This document shows, piece after piece, positions 45,856-53,868 of a stretch of 64,000 bases of DNA. The DNA lies in contig CALARE010000005.1 in assembly GCA_937888725.1 (NCBI GenBank), positions 2,884 through 66,883 on the forward strand, given 5' to 3'. Position numbers and translations under genes: made by a program. The notes below the pieces were generated by a model that saw only the letters and a program-made list of their open reading frames with translations, was not told the DNA's origin and did not search any database. Origin of the DNA: an uncultured Alphaproteobacteria bacterium (GTDB lineage Bacteria > Pseudomonadota > Alphaproteobacteria > CAAHEQ01 > UBA3637). Each line of letters opens with the position of its first letter. The first letter of the stretch is position 1.

Positions 45856-46665
45856 ATGGTAAAAGTCACATTGTTGCGAGAAGAACAAATTTGGGGCCCT
45901 GACGCTTTAGATGTAATTAAAATTTATGGCACTAAGGTGGCTCAAAGTGATTTGGCAATTGTTCTTGGAGGATGGCTTGGTAGCGATGGCGTTACGATGG
46001 AAGGGGATAGATCTGGATATATGTGGACAGCCTCTGGTTTGTTGGATTTAGGTCTTGTTCGAACCATTACGCATGCAGGTGATAAATGCTATTATTATCC
46101 AAATCGTAGACGTGATGGTGTGCGTCCTGTGTTGTTAAAAGATGAAACCGCTAAAATTACACCTGATTCAATTAGGGAAATGGTATTGACGGATGGTCAA
46201 ATTGTGAAATTAGCGATGTATGGGGAATATCCACAAAAATCTGTTAAAATAAAGTTAAGCGAATTATTAGAAAAAATGTATCATAATAAAGAATTGAAAA
46301 AGACAAAACGTTATTTTACATTTGATACGGCGGGTTTGACTGATTATGAAACAGGGTTGAAGCCAAAGCAATATTTTGTTTATATTCACGATGGTAAGAG
46401 CTATGTTCGATTGGAGGGACGCCCAGCTGATAGCGATTCAATTTTATCGAATGGAAAAGATGTGCAAATTGGTGAACCGTATTGGATTGAAGTGTTGCCA
46501 ATTAAATGGCTTGTAGATGAAAAAACGGGGATTTGGATTTCTAAAAAAGCACTGGTAAGTGGGATTCGTTTTGGTGCAGATGATACTTATAATGGTAAAT
46601 TTGAAGAAACGGATATGCACCATTATTTAAATACATATTTTGCCAACGAGATGTTGAATAAATAG
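45856..46665 (+). CDS. Hypothetical protein, DUF6273-like (orphan island gene C)
   Basis: GYMWTAS ... DGVRPVLL and PIKWLVDEKTGIWISKKAL ... HHYLNTYFANE resemble, from memory, the WWLRS / GVRPAL / IeWrVL / LRkWLN motifs of DUF6273 proteins, but in a different order. AGGAGGGG RBS. Confidence 0.5.
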   Translation: MVKVTLLREEQIWGPDALDVIKIYGTKVAQSDLAIVLGGWLGSDGVTMEGDRSGYMWTASGLLDLGLVRTITHAGDKCYYYPNRRRDGVRPVLLKDETAKITPDSIREMVLTDGQIVKLAMYGEYPQKSVKIKLSELLEKMYHNKELKKTKRYFTFDTAGLTDYETGLKPKQYFVYIHDGKSYVRLEGRPADSDSILSNGKDVQIGEPYWIEVLPIKWLVDEKTGIWISKKALVSGIRFGADDTYNGKFEETDMHHYLNTYFANEMLNK

Positions 46666-46743
46666 AATATATGAAATACAGCTCTCATGGTAAGGAAAGC
46701 GTATATCAAAAATGATTTTCTTTAATATTAGGACTTGAATTTT

Positions 46744-46760
46744 ATACCATATGATGGTAT
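46744..46760. promoter_or_regulatory. Perfect 17-bp palindrome upstream of the lipoprotein gene
   Basis: ATACCAT-ATG-ATGGTAT. A TATAAT hexamer lies at 46775-46780. Confidence 0.3.
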
Positions 46761-46823
46761 GAAAAATAATAACATATAATACGCATAATATTTTGTGTTA
46801 GAGGTGAGGGAGTCATTTTTGTA

Positions 46824-47297
46824 ATGAAGAAAATTTTAACCTTGTTTTTGATTGTTTTTATGGCGGGATGCAGTACGCTGACTCAAGAAGAAAAAAATGC
46901 TATCGATGATTTAAGACGTATTCGTATTACGGTTAAACGTCCTGTGTCAAAGTGGAAAGCTCCTGTGGATACGAAAAAAGCAACTATTCTTAGTATATTG
47001 CCAGGTGGCGGAAATTTTTATCTAGCAAGCACTGGTGCTGCAGGTAAAGAGCAATATCTTTATGGTGCACTTAATTTGATAACATGGCCTTTTTCGCTTT
47101 CTTGGGCAATACCGACTGTATATCATGAAGCAGACAATATTAACAAAAAAGATTTAATATATTATTATACTTATAATCCAGAGGGTGTAAATTTATTGCA
47201 TTATAACGGATATCATCTAACACCAGAAGGGTATTTGCAAAGACTTTATCGTCGGGTTTATCAATATACAGATGCTACTCCTTGGGGTTATTATTAA
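46824..47297 (+). CDS. Lipoprotein, hypothetical
   Basis: Lipobox FMAGC|S. Internal hydrophobic PGGGNFY ... WPFSLSW segment. Confidence 0.55.
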   Translation: MKKILTLFLIVFMAGCSTLTQEEKNAIDDLRRIRITVKRPVSKWKAPVDTKKATILSILPGGGNFYLASTGAAGKEQYLYGALNLITWPFSLSWAIPTVYHEADNINKKDLIYYYTYNPEGVNLLHYNGYHLTPEGYLQRLYRRVYQYTDATPWGYY

Positions 47298-47373
47298 TAA
47301 ATTCAAAGTGATTATTTTAAGTTAAAAGTTATTTATGTGAAATAAATTATCCCAAAGATATCTTTTAATGCTA

Positions 47374-47408
47374 TAAAAAAAACAGGCGAGAATACCGCCT
47401 GTTTTTTA
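47374..47408. terminator. Bidirectional terminator
   Basis: AACAGGCG-agaatac-CGCCTGTT flanked by A8 and T6, between convergent genes. Confidence 0.65.
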
Positions 47409-47418
47409 TATTTTATTT

Positions 47419-48783
47419 TTAAATAAAATATTCTTTTAATATTTGGGGCAATTCATCTAATGAAACACGTTTCTGTTCCATTGTATCTCTATCACGAATG
47501 GTAACAGTTGTTGGTTGTTGTTCAATACTTTCAAAGTCAACCGTAATACAAAATGGTGTACCAATTTCATCATGACGACGATATGCTTTACCAATGTTCC
47601 CTGAGTCTTCAAGCATCACACGGCCAATACCTGTTTTTAAGAGTTGATTCTTAATGTTGCGAGCCATTTCCATAATTTGAGGGTTGTTACGTTTAAGGGG
47701 AATAACAGCCGCTTTAACTGGAGCAAGATGTTTTTTCAGTTTTAAAACAGTTCTCACTTCACCATTTGGTAATGTTTCTTCTGTATATGCTTCAGTTAAA
47801 ACCGCAAGAACGCCACGTTCGACTCCTGCTGATGGTTCGATAACAAAAGGAACATACCACTTTTTTGACTCATCATCAAAAAGGGCAAGTTTTGTAGCAC
47901 TTTCTTTGTTTTCATGTGGTGTTGATGTGAGATTTAACTCTGATTGATAACGTGTGTGGTTGCCAAGATCATAATCCGTTCTATCAGCAATTCCTTCTAG
48001 TTCTTCCAATCCATGTGGAAATTCATATTCTAAATCATATGTTGCTTTTGAATAATGAGCAAGTTCTTCTTTTTCAATGGTGTGGACTTTTAGTTTGTCT
48101 TTATTAAGACCTTGATCTAGCCACCAATTGATGCGATTATCCTTCCAAGTTTCAAGCCATTCTTCATCAGTCCCTGGTTTAACAAAATATTCAAGCTCCA
48201 TCTGTTCAAACTCACGCACACGGAAAATAAAGTTACGAGGCGTGATTTCATTGCGGAAAGATTTCCCAATTTGTGCAATACCAAAGGGGGCTTTGCGTGA
48301 AGTAGAATCAACGACATTTTTAAATTGAGTAAAAATTGCTTGAGCTGTTTCTGGGCGAAGATAGGCATAATTTTCACTATTTTCAACAGGGCCAACTGTT
48401 GTTTTAAACATTAGATTAAACATCCGTGGTTCAGTTAATTCTGTGCTACCACAATTTGGACATTTTCCATCTTTGATGTGATCAGCTCTAAAGCGATTTT
48501 TACATTTTTTACAATCTGTCAATGGATCGGTAAAAGTTGCTTCATGCCCGCTGTAATGTAAAACTTTTTGATGTGTTAAAATAGAGGCATCTAAACCCTC
48601 AACATCGTCACGTTCATAAATCATAGAACGCCACCATGCTGCTTTCAAGTTGTTTTTAAGTTCAACACCTAAGGGGCCAAAGTCATAAACACCTTGCAAA
48701 CCGCCATAAATATCAGCGTTTTGAAAGATAAATCCACGTCTTTTACAAAGTGAAACCAATTGATCCATAGATGTTGCTGGCAT
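47419..48783 (-). CDS. glyQS: Glycine--tRNA ligase, homodimeric (alpha2, GlyQS) type
   Basis: 454 aa. N-terminus [37 protein letters not shown]. Class II motifs [25 protein letters not shown] and PSAGVERG. Confidence 0.93.
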   Translation of the reverse strand: MPATSMDQLVSLCKRRGFIFQNADIYGGLQGVYDFGPLGVELKNNLKAAWWRSMIYERDDVEGLDASILTHQKVLHYSGHEATFTDPLTDCKKCKNRFRADHIKDGKCPNCGSTELTEPRMFNLMFKTTVGPVENSENYAYLRPETAQAIFTQFKNVVDSTSRKAPFGIAQIGKSFRNEITPRNFIFRVREFEQMELEYFVKPGTDEEWLETWKDNRINWWLDQGLNKDKLKVHTIEKEELAHYSKATYDLEYEFPHGLEELEGIADRTDYDLGNHTRYQSELNLTSTPHENKESATKLALFDDESKKWYVPFVIEPSAGVERGVLAVLTEAYTEETLPNGEVRTVLKLKKHLAPVKAAVIPLKRNNPQIMEMARNIKNQLLKTGIGRVMLEDSGNIGKAYRRHDEIGTPFCITVDFESIEQQPTTVTIRDRDTMEQKRVSLDELPQILKEYFI

Positions 48784-48938
48784 ATGAGAATACTCCTATA
48801 AAATTATATAATTTAACAAAACTAAATCATTATATATTAAAAAGCAAAAAAATTCAATCTCTTTATCATAATTTTGTAGTGATTTAAAAATAAAAAAAAG
48901 CGGAACAAAAATGTCCCGCTTAAAAAATTAAATAAAAT

Positions 48939-49286
48939 TTATTTTGCAGCTGGTTTTTGTTGTGGTTTTTTTCTTTTATCAACTAAATGATAAATGCCAG
49001 TTTTTGGGTTTTTCTTATATACTTCAATATCCCATTTATCCCAAACAATTTCAAATGAATCAGCTGTAATGTTTTGTAAGTTACCAGCATCGCTTGATAA
49101 TTTGCGTTGAGCACGACCCTGTCCTAAATTAACAATTGTGCCAGACCAAGCTGGATGTTGAACTTGAACTTGACTTGGTAAAGTGTATTTCACTTCATTT
49201 GATGTGGTTTGTTCTCCGCCTGTATAATAAACAACCCCGACAGCCAATGCACCTAAAACGACTAAAAACGGTATAATTTTTTTCAT
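48939..49286 (-). CDS. Hypothetical N-terminally anchored or secreted protein
   Basis: MKKIIPFLVVLGALAVGVVYY followed by a soluble domain with a Lys/Pro-rich tail. Confidence 0.5.
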   Translation of the reverse strand: MKKIIPFLVVLGALAVGVVYYTGGEQTTSNEVKYTLPSQVQVQHPAWSGTIVNLGQGRAQRKLSSDAGNLQNITADSFEIVWDKWDIEVYKKNPKTGIYHLVDKRKKPQQKPAAK

Positions 49287-49383
49287 ATTTTTCTCCTTTA
49301 AAACAATCCAATCCTACCTAAATCTACTCTTAGCAAAAAAATAATTAAAATACAACAAAAAAAATACATGAAAACAAAAAAAA

Positions 49384-49794
49384 TTAAAAGGATAGAGGGA
49401 TAATTGTTTGAATAAGACCGCAGTCAAATTTTTCAAATAATGAAGATTTGTTTTCTATTTGTTGGTTTGTTTGATTTTTATTGAATTTTTTGGATAAAGA
49501 ATCTGGTTTTCTGACAAATGTGCCACAGTGTGATATTGAGAAAAATGATTTTTTTTCTGGTATGTTGGTTGTTGCGTCTTCCAAAAAGATTTTTTTTACC
49601 TTTTGTGAGTTTGATTTCTGAAACGGTAGCGAAAAATCAAAATGCGTTGTTTGCGTTTTAAAAGGAATATACTGTACTAAAAACAGATGTGTGAAAAGAT
49701 TGTCTTTGCTGTTTTTGTAACTATTAAACAAGTAAAATAGTGAAATAAAAGCCAAGGATATGATAAAAAGCAATATAAAGTGTTTCTTTTTCAT
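49384..49794 (-). CDS. Hypothetical N-terminally anchored protein
   Basis: MKKKHFILLFIISLAFISLFYLF anchor. No motif recognised. Confidence 0.45.
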   Translation of the reverse strand: MKKKHFILLFIISLAFISLFYLFNSYKNSKDNLFTHLFLVQYIPFKTQTTHFDFSLPFQKSNSQKVKKIFLEDATTNIPEKKSFFSISHCGTFVRKPDSLSKKFNKNQTNQQIENKSSLFEKFDCGLIQTIIPLSF

Positions 49795-49830
49795 ATGATG
49801 ACTATAGCGGTTTTTATAAATATTGTAAAT

Positions 49831-49859
49831 AAAAAAAGCACACAGGATGTGTGCTTTTT
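49831..49859 (-). terminator. Rho-independent terminator closing the paralog array
   Basis: GCACACA-gga-TGTGTGC flanked by A and T runs, immediately downstream of the ORF at 49898..50374. Confidence 0.6.
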
Positions 49860-49897
49860 GTCATATCTAAAGTTCAATATATGATAAATGCTACAGA

Positions 49898-50374
49898 TTA
49901 TGCCCTTGTAAGAATTTTTTCTTCCTTTTTTGAGGTTGAGGCAACATTTTGAGAGTGGCTTGAAATTCTGCGTGGTTGTCTAATCTCTTTTTCATAAACA
50001 GCAAAAACATTAGAACCTTTTTCATTTTTAAAATAATCAATAAACATTTTGGGTTGTTCAATACTTTCCGAAGATATTTTTCCTGGGTTTGTTGTGGCAA
50101 CGCCAATATCTCTATAATGTGAAAACATTTTAGAAAAATGTTTTTGAGTGTCTTTTGGCATACAAACATGGCTATCATATTCCCCCCATGACCAATCAAT
50201 CATACTCGTAGCCCATTTAGTGCACTCTTTTAATGCCTTGTTCGTTGGCGATTCGTTTTTTTCTTCTTCAGATAAGCTATCTAAATAACAGCCAACAGTG
50301 TTTAATTTTTTTATAATTTCATTTAATTCTAGATTTTCTTGTTTTCTTGACGAAAATATATTAAAAATACTCAT
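49898..50374 (-). CDS. Paralog-array protein P1 (hypothetical)
   Basis: Starts MSIFNIFS; its first 23 nt are identical to those of P2. Shared motifs HFSKMFSHY and PKMFIDYFKNEKGSNVF. Confidence 0.6.
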   Translation of the reverse strand: MSIFNIFSSRKQENLELNEIIKKLNTVGCYLDSLSEEEKNESPTNKALKECTKWATSMIDWSWGEYDSHVCMPKDTQKHFSKMFSHYRDIGVATTNPGKISSESIEQPKMFIDYFKNEKGSNVFAVYEKEIRQPRRISSHSQNVASTSKKEEKILTRA

Positions 50375-50473
50375 GTTAAAACTCCTTTACACAATATAAC
50401 ATTGTTCGTGTTATAATTTATAAAGATATTTTTGTTAATACTTTTTTTGTTTTTATTATTTTTGTTGTGTTAT

Positions 50474-50926
50474 TTATTCATTTGAATGATAGTTTTTATT
50501 TTTTATTATGGATTTTATAACCCAATTTCCTCTCTCGTCAGTAGAAATTCTAAATGGTTTTTCCCAGTTTGCAATAAGTTCAGCACCTTCTTCTTTTGTA
50601 AAAAAATCAATGAACAGTTGAGGGTGGCGAACGGTTGCGGCTGAGAAACTTTGAGGATAAGAAATCGCATCCATAATAGCATCATAATGCTCAGACATGG
50701 TTTTAAAATGATCTTCTACACTTTTTGTCGGGTAGCGAAAAAAATTATAGTGGCTTTTTAGAATTGTGCGTTTGTGGTTTATCAATTCCTTACATTCATC
50801 TATAGATATTCTCATTAGGGAATGAGGGTCATTTGATACGGATCTTCCTATTTTATCTAATTTATCAACAATAATTTCTAATTCCTTTTTTTCTTTGTTT
50901 TTTGAAAATATATTAAAAATACTCAT
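50474..50926 (-). CDS. Paralog-array protein P2 (hypothetical)
   Basis: MSIFNIFS..., HFKTMSEHY, PQLFIDFFTKEEGAELI. AAGGAG RBS. Confidence 0.6.
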   Translation of the reverse strand: MSIFNIFSKNKEKKELEIIVDKLDKIGRSVSNDPHSLMRISIDECKELINHKRTILKSHYNFFRYPTKSVEDHFKTMSEHYDAIMDAISYPQSFSAATVRHPQLFIDFFTKEEGAELIANWEKPFRISTDERGNWVIKSIIKNKNYHSNE

Positions 50927-50936
50927 GGTGTTCTCC

Positions 50937-51485
50937 TTATAATATTCTTTGATTATTTTTTCCTTGAAGTTGCTTGATATTTCTTTTTGCTAAAACAACA
51001 GTTTTTATTCCTACTCCAAGTATAACTCCAGCAACAACAGCAGAAAAAGTTAACAATTTTTTTGTGGTTGAGCTTATCCCTTTTTGAGGGGTATTTGGCT
51101 CGATAAGATGATGAATGTGTACCTTTTCTTGATTCCAAGCTTTAAGAATAGATGAGCCGTTTCCCCTTGTAAAATAATTGATAAACCGTTTGCGTTCAGT
51201 TGAATTTAAATTGTAACTATTTAACTTACCACTTAATGAAAGTTTTATTATATCCCAAAACTTTAATATTTCAACCTGCGAATTATTGATAGAAAGCGTA
51301 TAATTTTGATCTTTTTCTAATGTTGTAATGGCGTTATCAGCTTGTTTTTTGCAATAGTCAATGTATTTTGATGTATTAAAAAGCTGTTTATTTGATTTAG
51401 ATAAATTTTCAAGCTCTGAAACGATTGTTTCTAACTCCATATTGATATCTCGAGCTTTTTCAATGTTTGATGTAAATAATGCCAT
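50937..51485 (-). CDS. Paralog-array protein P3 with a C-terminal TM helix (hypothetical)
   Basis: RKRFINYFTRGNGSSIL motif, plus the C-terminal hydrophobic segment LLTFSAVVAGVILGVGIKTVVLA. Confidence 0.6.
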   Translation of the reverse strand: MALFTSNIEKARDINMELETIVSELENLSKSNKQLFNTSKYIDYCKKQADNAITTLEKDQNYTLSINNSQVEILKFWDIIKLSLSGKLNSYNLNSTERKRFINYFTRGNGSSILKAWNQEKVHIHHLIEPNTPQKGISSTTKKLLTFSAVVAGVILGVGIKTVVLAKRNIKQLQGKNNQRIL

Positions 51486-51552
51486 TTATTTATCCTTTCT
51501 TATTATTTTTTTGGCAGTTATGTTTTTGACGAAATAATAAAACAAAAACGAC

Positions 51553-51969
51553 CTATTTTGTGTTTAAAAATTTTTGTTGAATCAAATGCGGTAAGACAGT
51601 CTGAAAATTTCTCTTTTCTACTTCTTTATAATAATGTTCACCTAAAAAGTGATACAAAATAGCATGTTGCTGTTTTTTTGTCAAAATTCCCTCATGCATG
51701 TGACGTATCACTTTTTGTGGAAAATTATACGAATCATAAATAGCCTTCCACTTTAAATATGTTGTTTGCATATCAGAGTTGTTTGAAACACTTGGATTCG
51801 CATATTGTTCATAAAAACGCAGTTGGTCAAAGACTTTCTCTCTATTTTTTGAAATACTTTTCGCAATTTGTGCATTTTGCTGATTTGGCGAATCTTCTGA
51901 TGTTGTTTTTATAAGGCGTTCCAGCGTAACTAAAATTAGCTGAATAAGTTCTTTTTTTTCTTTTGACAT
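51553..51969 (-). CDS. Paralog-array protein P4 (hypothetical)
   Basis: KWKAIYDSYNFP (compare P5 KIRAIYDSYNDP) and QQHAILYHFLGEH. Confidence 0.6.
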   Translation of the reverse strand: MSKEKKELIQLILVTLERLIKTTSEDSPNQQNAQIAKSISKNREKVFDQLRFYEQYANPSVSNNSDMQTTYLKWKAIYDSYNFPQKVIRHMHEGILTKKQQHAILYHFLGEHYYKEVEKRNFQTVLPHLIQQKFLNTK

Positions 51970-51979
51970 AATCGCACTC

Positions 51980-52126
51980 TTAGTTGTTAGCTTTTAATAA
52001 GTTCTGCGTAATAGCTTTTACTTCAATGGGACTAAGTGCTGGTTTCCCATTGAGAAAAATCTTGTAATGTGGCATCAATACGGGATAATAATTTGATAAG
52101 TTGTTTTTTTTATATTTAGCAAGCAT
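51980..52126 (-). CDS. Possible 48-aa sORF inside the array; not in the ORF track
   Basis: My translation is MLAKYKKNNLSNYYPVLMPHYKIFLNGKPALSPIEVKAITQNLLKANN. AAGGAAA RBS. Located 10 bp upstream of P4 and 19 bp downstream of P5. Confidence 0.3.
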   Translation of the reverse strand: MLAKYKKNNLSNYYPVLMPHYKIFLNGKPALSPIEVKAITQNLLKANN

Positions 52127-52145
52127 GTTATTTCCTTTTGTTGGG

Positions 52146-52658
52146 TTATTTAATTCGTTCTTTAAAAGCTTTAAAAAAAACTTTTTGTAGATTTAACGGT
52201 AATCTTTGAACCCCTTTTTGGATTTCGTGCGGCGTTAAGATGCAAGAAAGAGCAATCCATTTGTTTAAATTATCAGATTTATCCTGTGGAATGAGAGATT
52301 GAAGTTCTTCTTTTGTAAATAATTCCTTTCCCTCTCCTTTGGTAAAATGCTGAATAATAGCTCGCTTTTGTTCAGCACCATAACTGTTTAAATTTTTAAG
52401 GGTATTGATTGGGTCATTATATGAATCATAAATGGCTCGAATTTTTGCAACTTCACCTCTTTTTTTTGTGCAAATTCTAGGATTAAAAGCGTTTAATGAG
52501 TCAGCTTTTATGTGGTAATTATTCAAGTGTTGTAGATAATACTCTGCAGCACTTGTTTTTGCAAGGGCGGTGTTGCCGTTTTCATAAAACAAAATATCAT
52601 TCTTGATGTTTGAAAGAAGGAAAAGTATCTTTTCGATTATGCTTATATTTTTTGTCAT
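52146..52658 (-). CDS. Paralog-array protein P5 (hypothetical)
   Basis: KIRAIYDSYNDP and QKRAIIQHFTKGEGKELF. Confidence 0.6.
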   Translation of the reverse strand: MTKNISIIEKILFLLSNIKNDILFYENGNTALAKTSAAEYYLQHLNNYHIKADSLNAFNPRICTKKRGEVAKIRAIYDSYNDPINTLKNLNSYGAEQKRAIIQHFTKGEGKELFTKEELQSLIPQDKSDNLNKWIALSCILTPHEIQKGVQRLPLNLQKVFFKAFKERIK

Positions 52659-52669
52659 TAGAATTCAAC

Positions 52670-53143
52670 TTAACAATTTGAAAGAGCTTGTCTTTTTTGT
52701 TCATATAAAAATTTTTTTTCATAGGGTTTTCCAATAATCGAATGAGGGAACCCTTTTCTTTGCGTTTTAAGTGCTTGTTCGAAGCTTAATTGGCAAATAA
52801 ATTGACGACAAATTGGCGTTAGTGTATCGATAATGTCTTGTCTTTCCTCAGAGGTTAAATTTACTAATGTTGATACAAGATAAGATGGACAATGATAGAT
52901 TTTGGTGATGTTTTTCCATTTATTTAGTTGTCTAGCAAGTTCAGGTGTTTCACCTTCATTGACACGAATAGAAAGTTCTGTCATTCGCCAATTGTGAAAA
53001 GCTGTTTGTTGAAAATCAATAATAGGCAGATCTCTTTGAACACTTTTTTTTGATTTTGATAAGTATTTATGTGCTTGGTCAATTGTTTTTACAATACATT
53101 TGATTTTTGAAATTTCAATTTCATCTTGACTTTTTGTACCCAT
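52670..53143 (-). CDS. Paralog-array protein P6 (hypothetical, most divergent)
   Basis: KWKNITKIYHCP and TSEERQDIIDTL align with the P4/P5 motifs. Confidence 0.55.
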   Translation of the reverse strand: MGTKSQDEIEISKIKCIVKTIDQAHKYLSKSKKSVQRDLPIIDFQQTAFHNWRMTELSIRVNEGETPELARQLNKWKNITKIYHCPSYLVSTLVNLTSEERQDIIDTLTPICRQFICQLSFEQALKTQRKGFPHSIIGKPYEKKFLYEQKRQALSNC

Positions 53144-53233
53144 CTTTTACCCTTTCTGTAGCAAAAAAACACTTTTATTTTAGCATGAATGGAGTTATTT
53201 GTCAAATGTTTTATTTAAAATGATTATTTTGCT

Positions 53234-53276
53234 AAAAAATAACCACCCTTAAATTTTTATGGGTGGTTATTTATCT
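53234..53276 (-). terminator. Terminator after hsp20
   Basis: ATAACCACCC-(12 nt)-GGGTGGTTAT flanked by A and T runs. Confidence 0.6.
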
Positions 53277-53301
53277 TATTTTTTATAGATTTTATATGCT
53301 A

Positions 53302-53781
53302 TTATTTTTCTTTAATTTTGATTTTTTTTAGATTAGGTGTTTCTGTTTTTGTTTTGGGTATGTTAATTTTAAGCAATCCTTTGTCAAAGGAGGCAGAGAC
53401 ATTTTCATCATCAATATCTGTGGGTAGAGCAATGGTGCGATTGATGAAACCGTAAGAGCGTTCTGAAAAATAGAATCCCTCATCATCTTTTTGTTCATGA
53501 GAATCTGTTTTTTCACCACTAATTGTTAAATAACCATCTTTTGAAATGTGTAAATTAATATCATCTGCACTCATGCCAGGAAGTTCAGCTGTTATTTGTA
53601 CATTTTTAGCGGTTTCAGAAATTTCAATATCTGGTTCTAAAAGATTTTCCATTTGCCCGAATTTTTCAAAAGGGGCTATATGTTTATCAAAAATGCGATT
53701 AATTTCATTTTGAATGGAATTAACTTCTTTGTGTCTCGCTTTTAGGTATTTTTTGTTATAAGGTGCTACTTTTTGTGACAT
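53302..53781 (-). CDS. Small heat-shock protein (Hsp20/alpha-crystallin family)
   Basis: Alpha-crystallin domain: DIEISETAKNVQITAELPGMSADDINLHISKDGYLTISGEK ... GFINRTIALPTDIDDENVSASFDKGLLKINIPK. Start at MSQKV (53781) with an AAGGAG RBS. Confidence 0.85.
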   Translation of the reverse strand: MSQKVAPYNKKYLKARHKEVNSIQNEINRIFDKHIAPFEKFGQMENLLEPDIEISETAKNVQITAELPGMSADDINLHISKDGYLTISGEKTDSHEQKDDEGFYFSERSYGFINRTIALPTDIDDENVSASFDKGLLKINIPKTKTETPNLKKIKIKEK

Positions 53782-53824
53782 AATTTTCTCCTTTAATTTA
53801 TAAAAAAACACTTATCAAAATTGT

Positions 53825-53852
53825 AGATAAGCATTTTTTATTTTTCTGCAAG
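53825..53852 (-). promoter_or_regulatory. Sigma-32 (RpoH)-type heat-shock promoter upstream of hsp20
   Basis: The minus strand reads CTTG (53852-53849), a 17-nt spacer, then CTTATCT (53831-53825). This matches the CTTG-N17-CYTATNT consensus I recall for alphaproteobacterial RpoH promoters. Confidence 0.45.
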
Positions 53853-53868
53853 GAAGGATAAACTTTAG

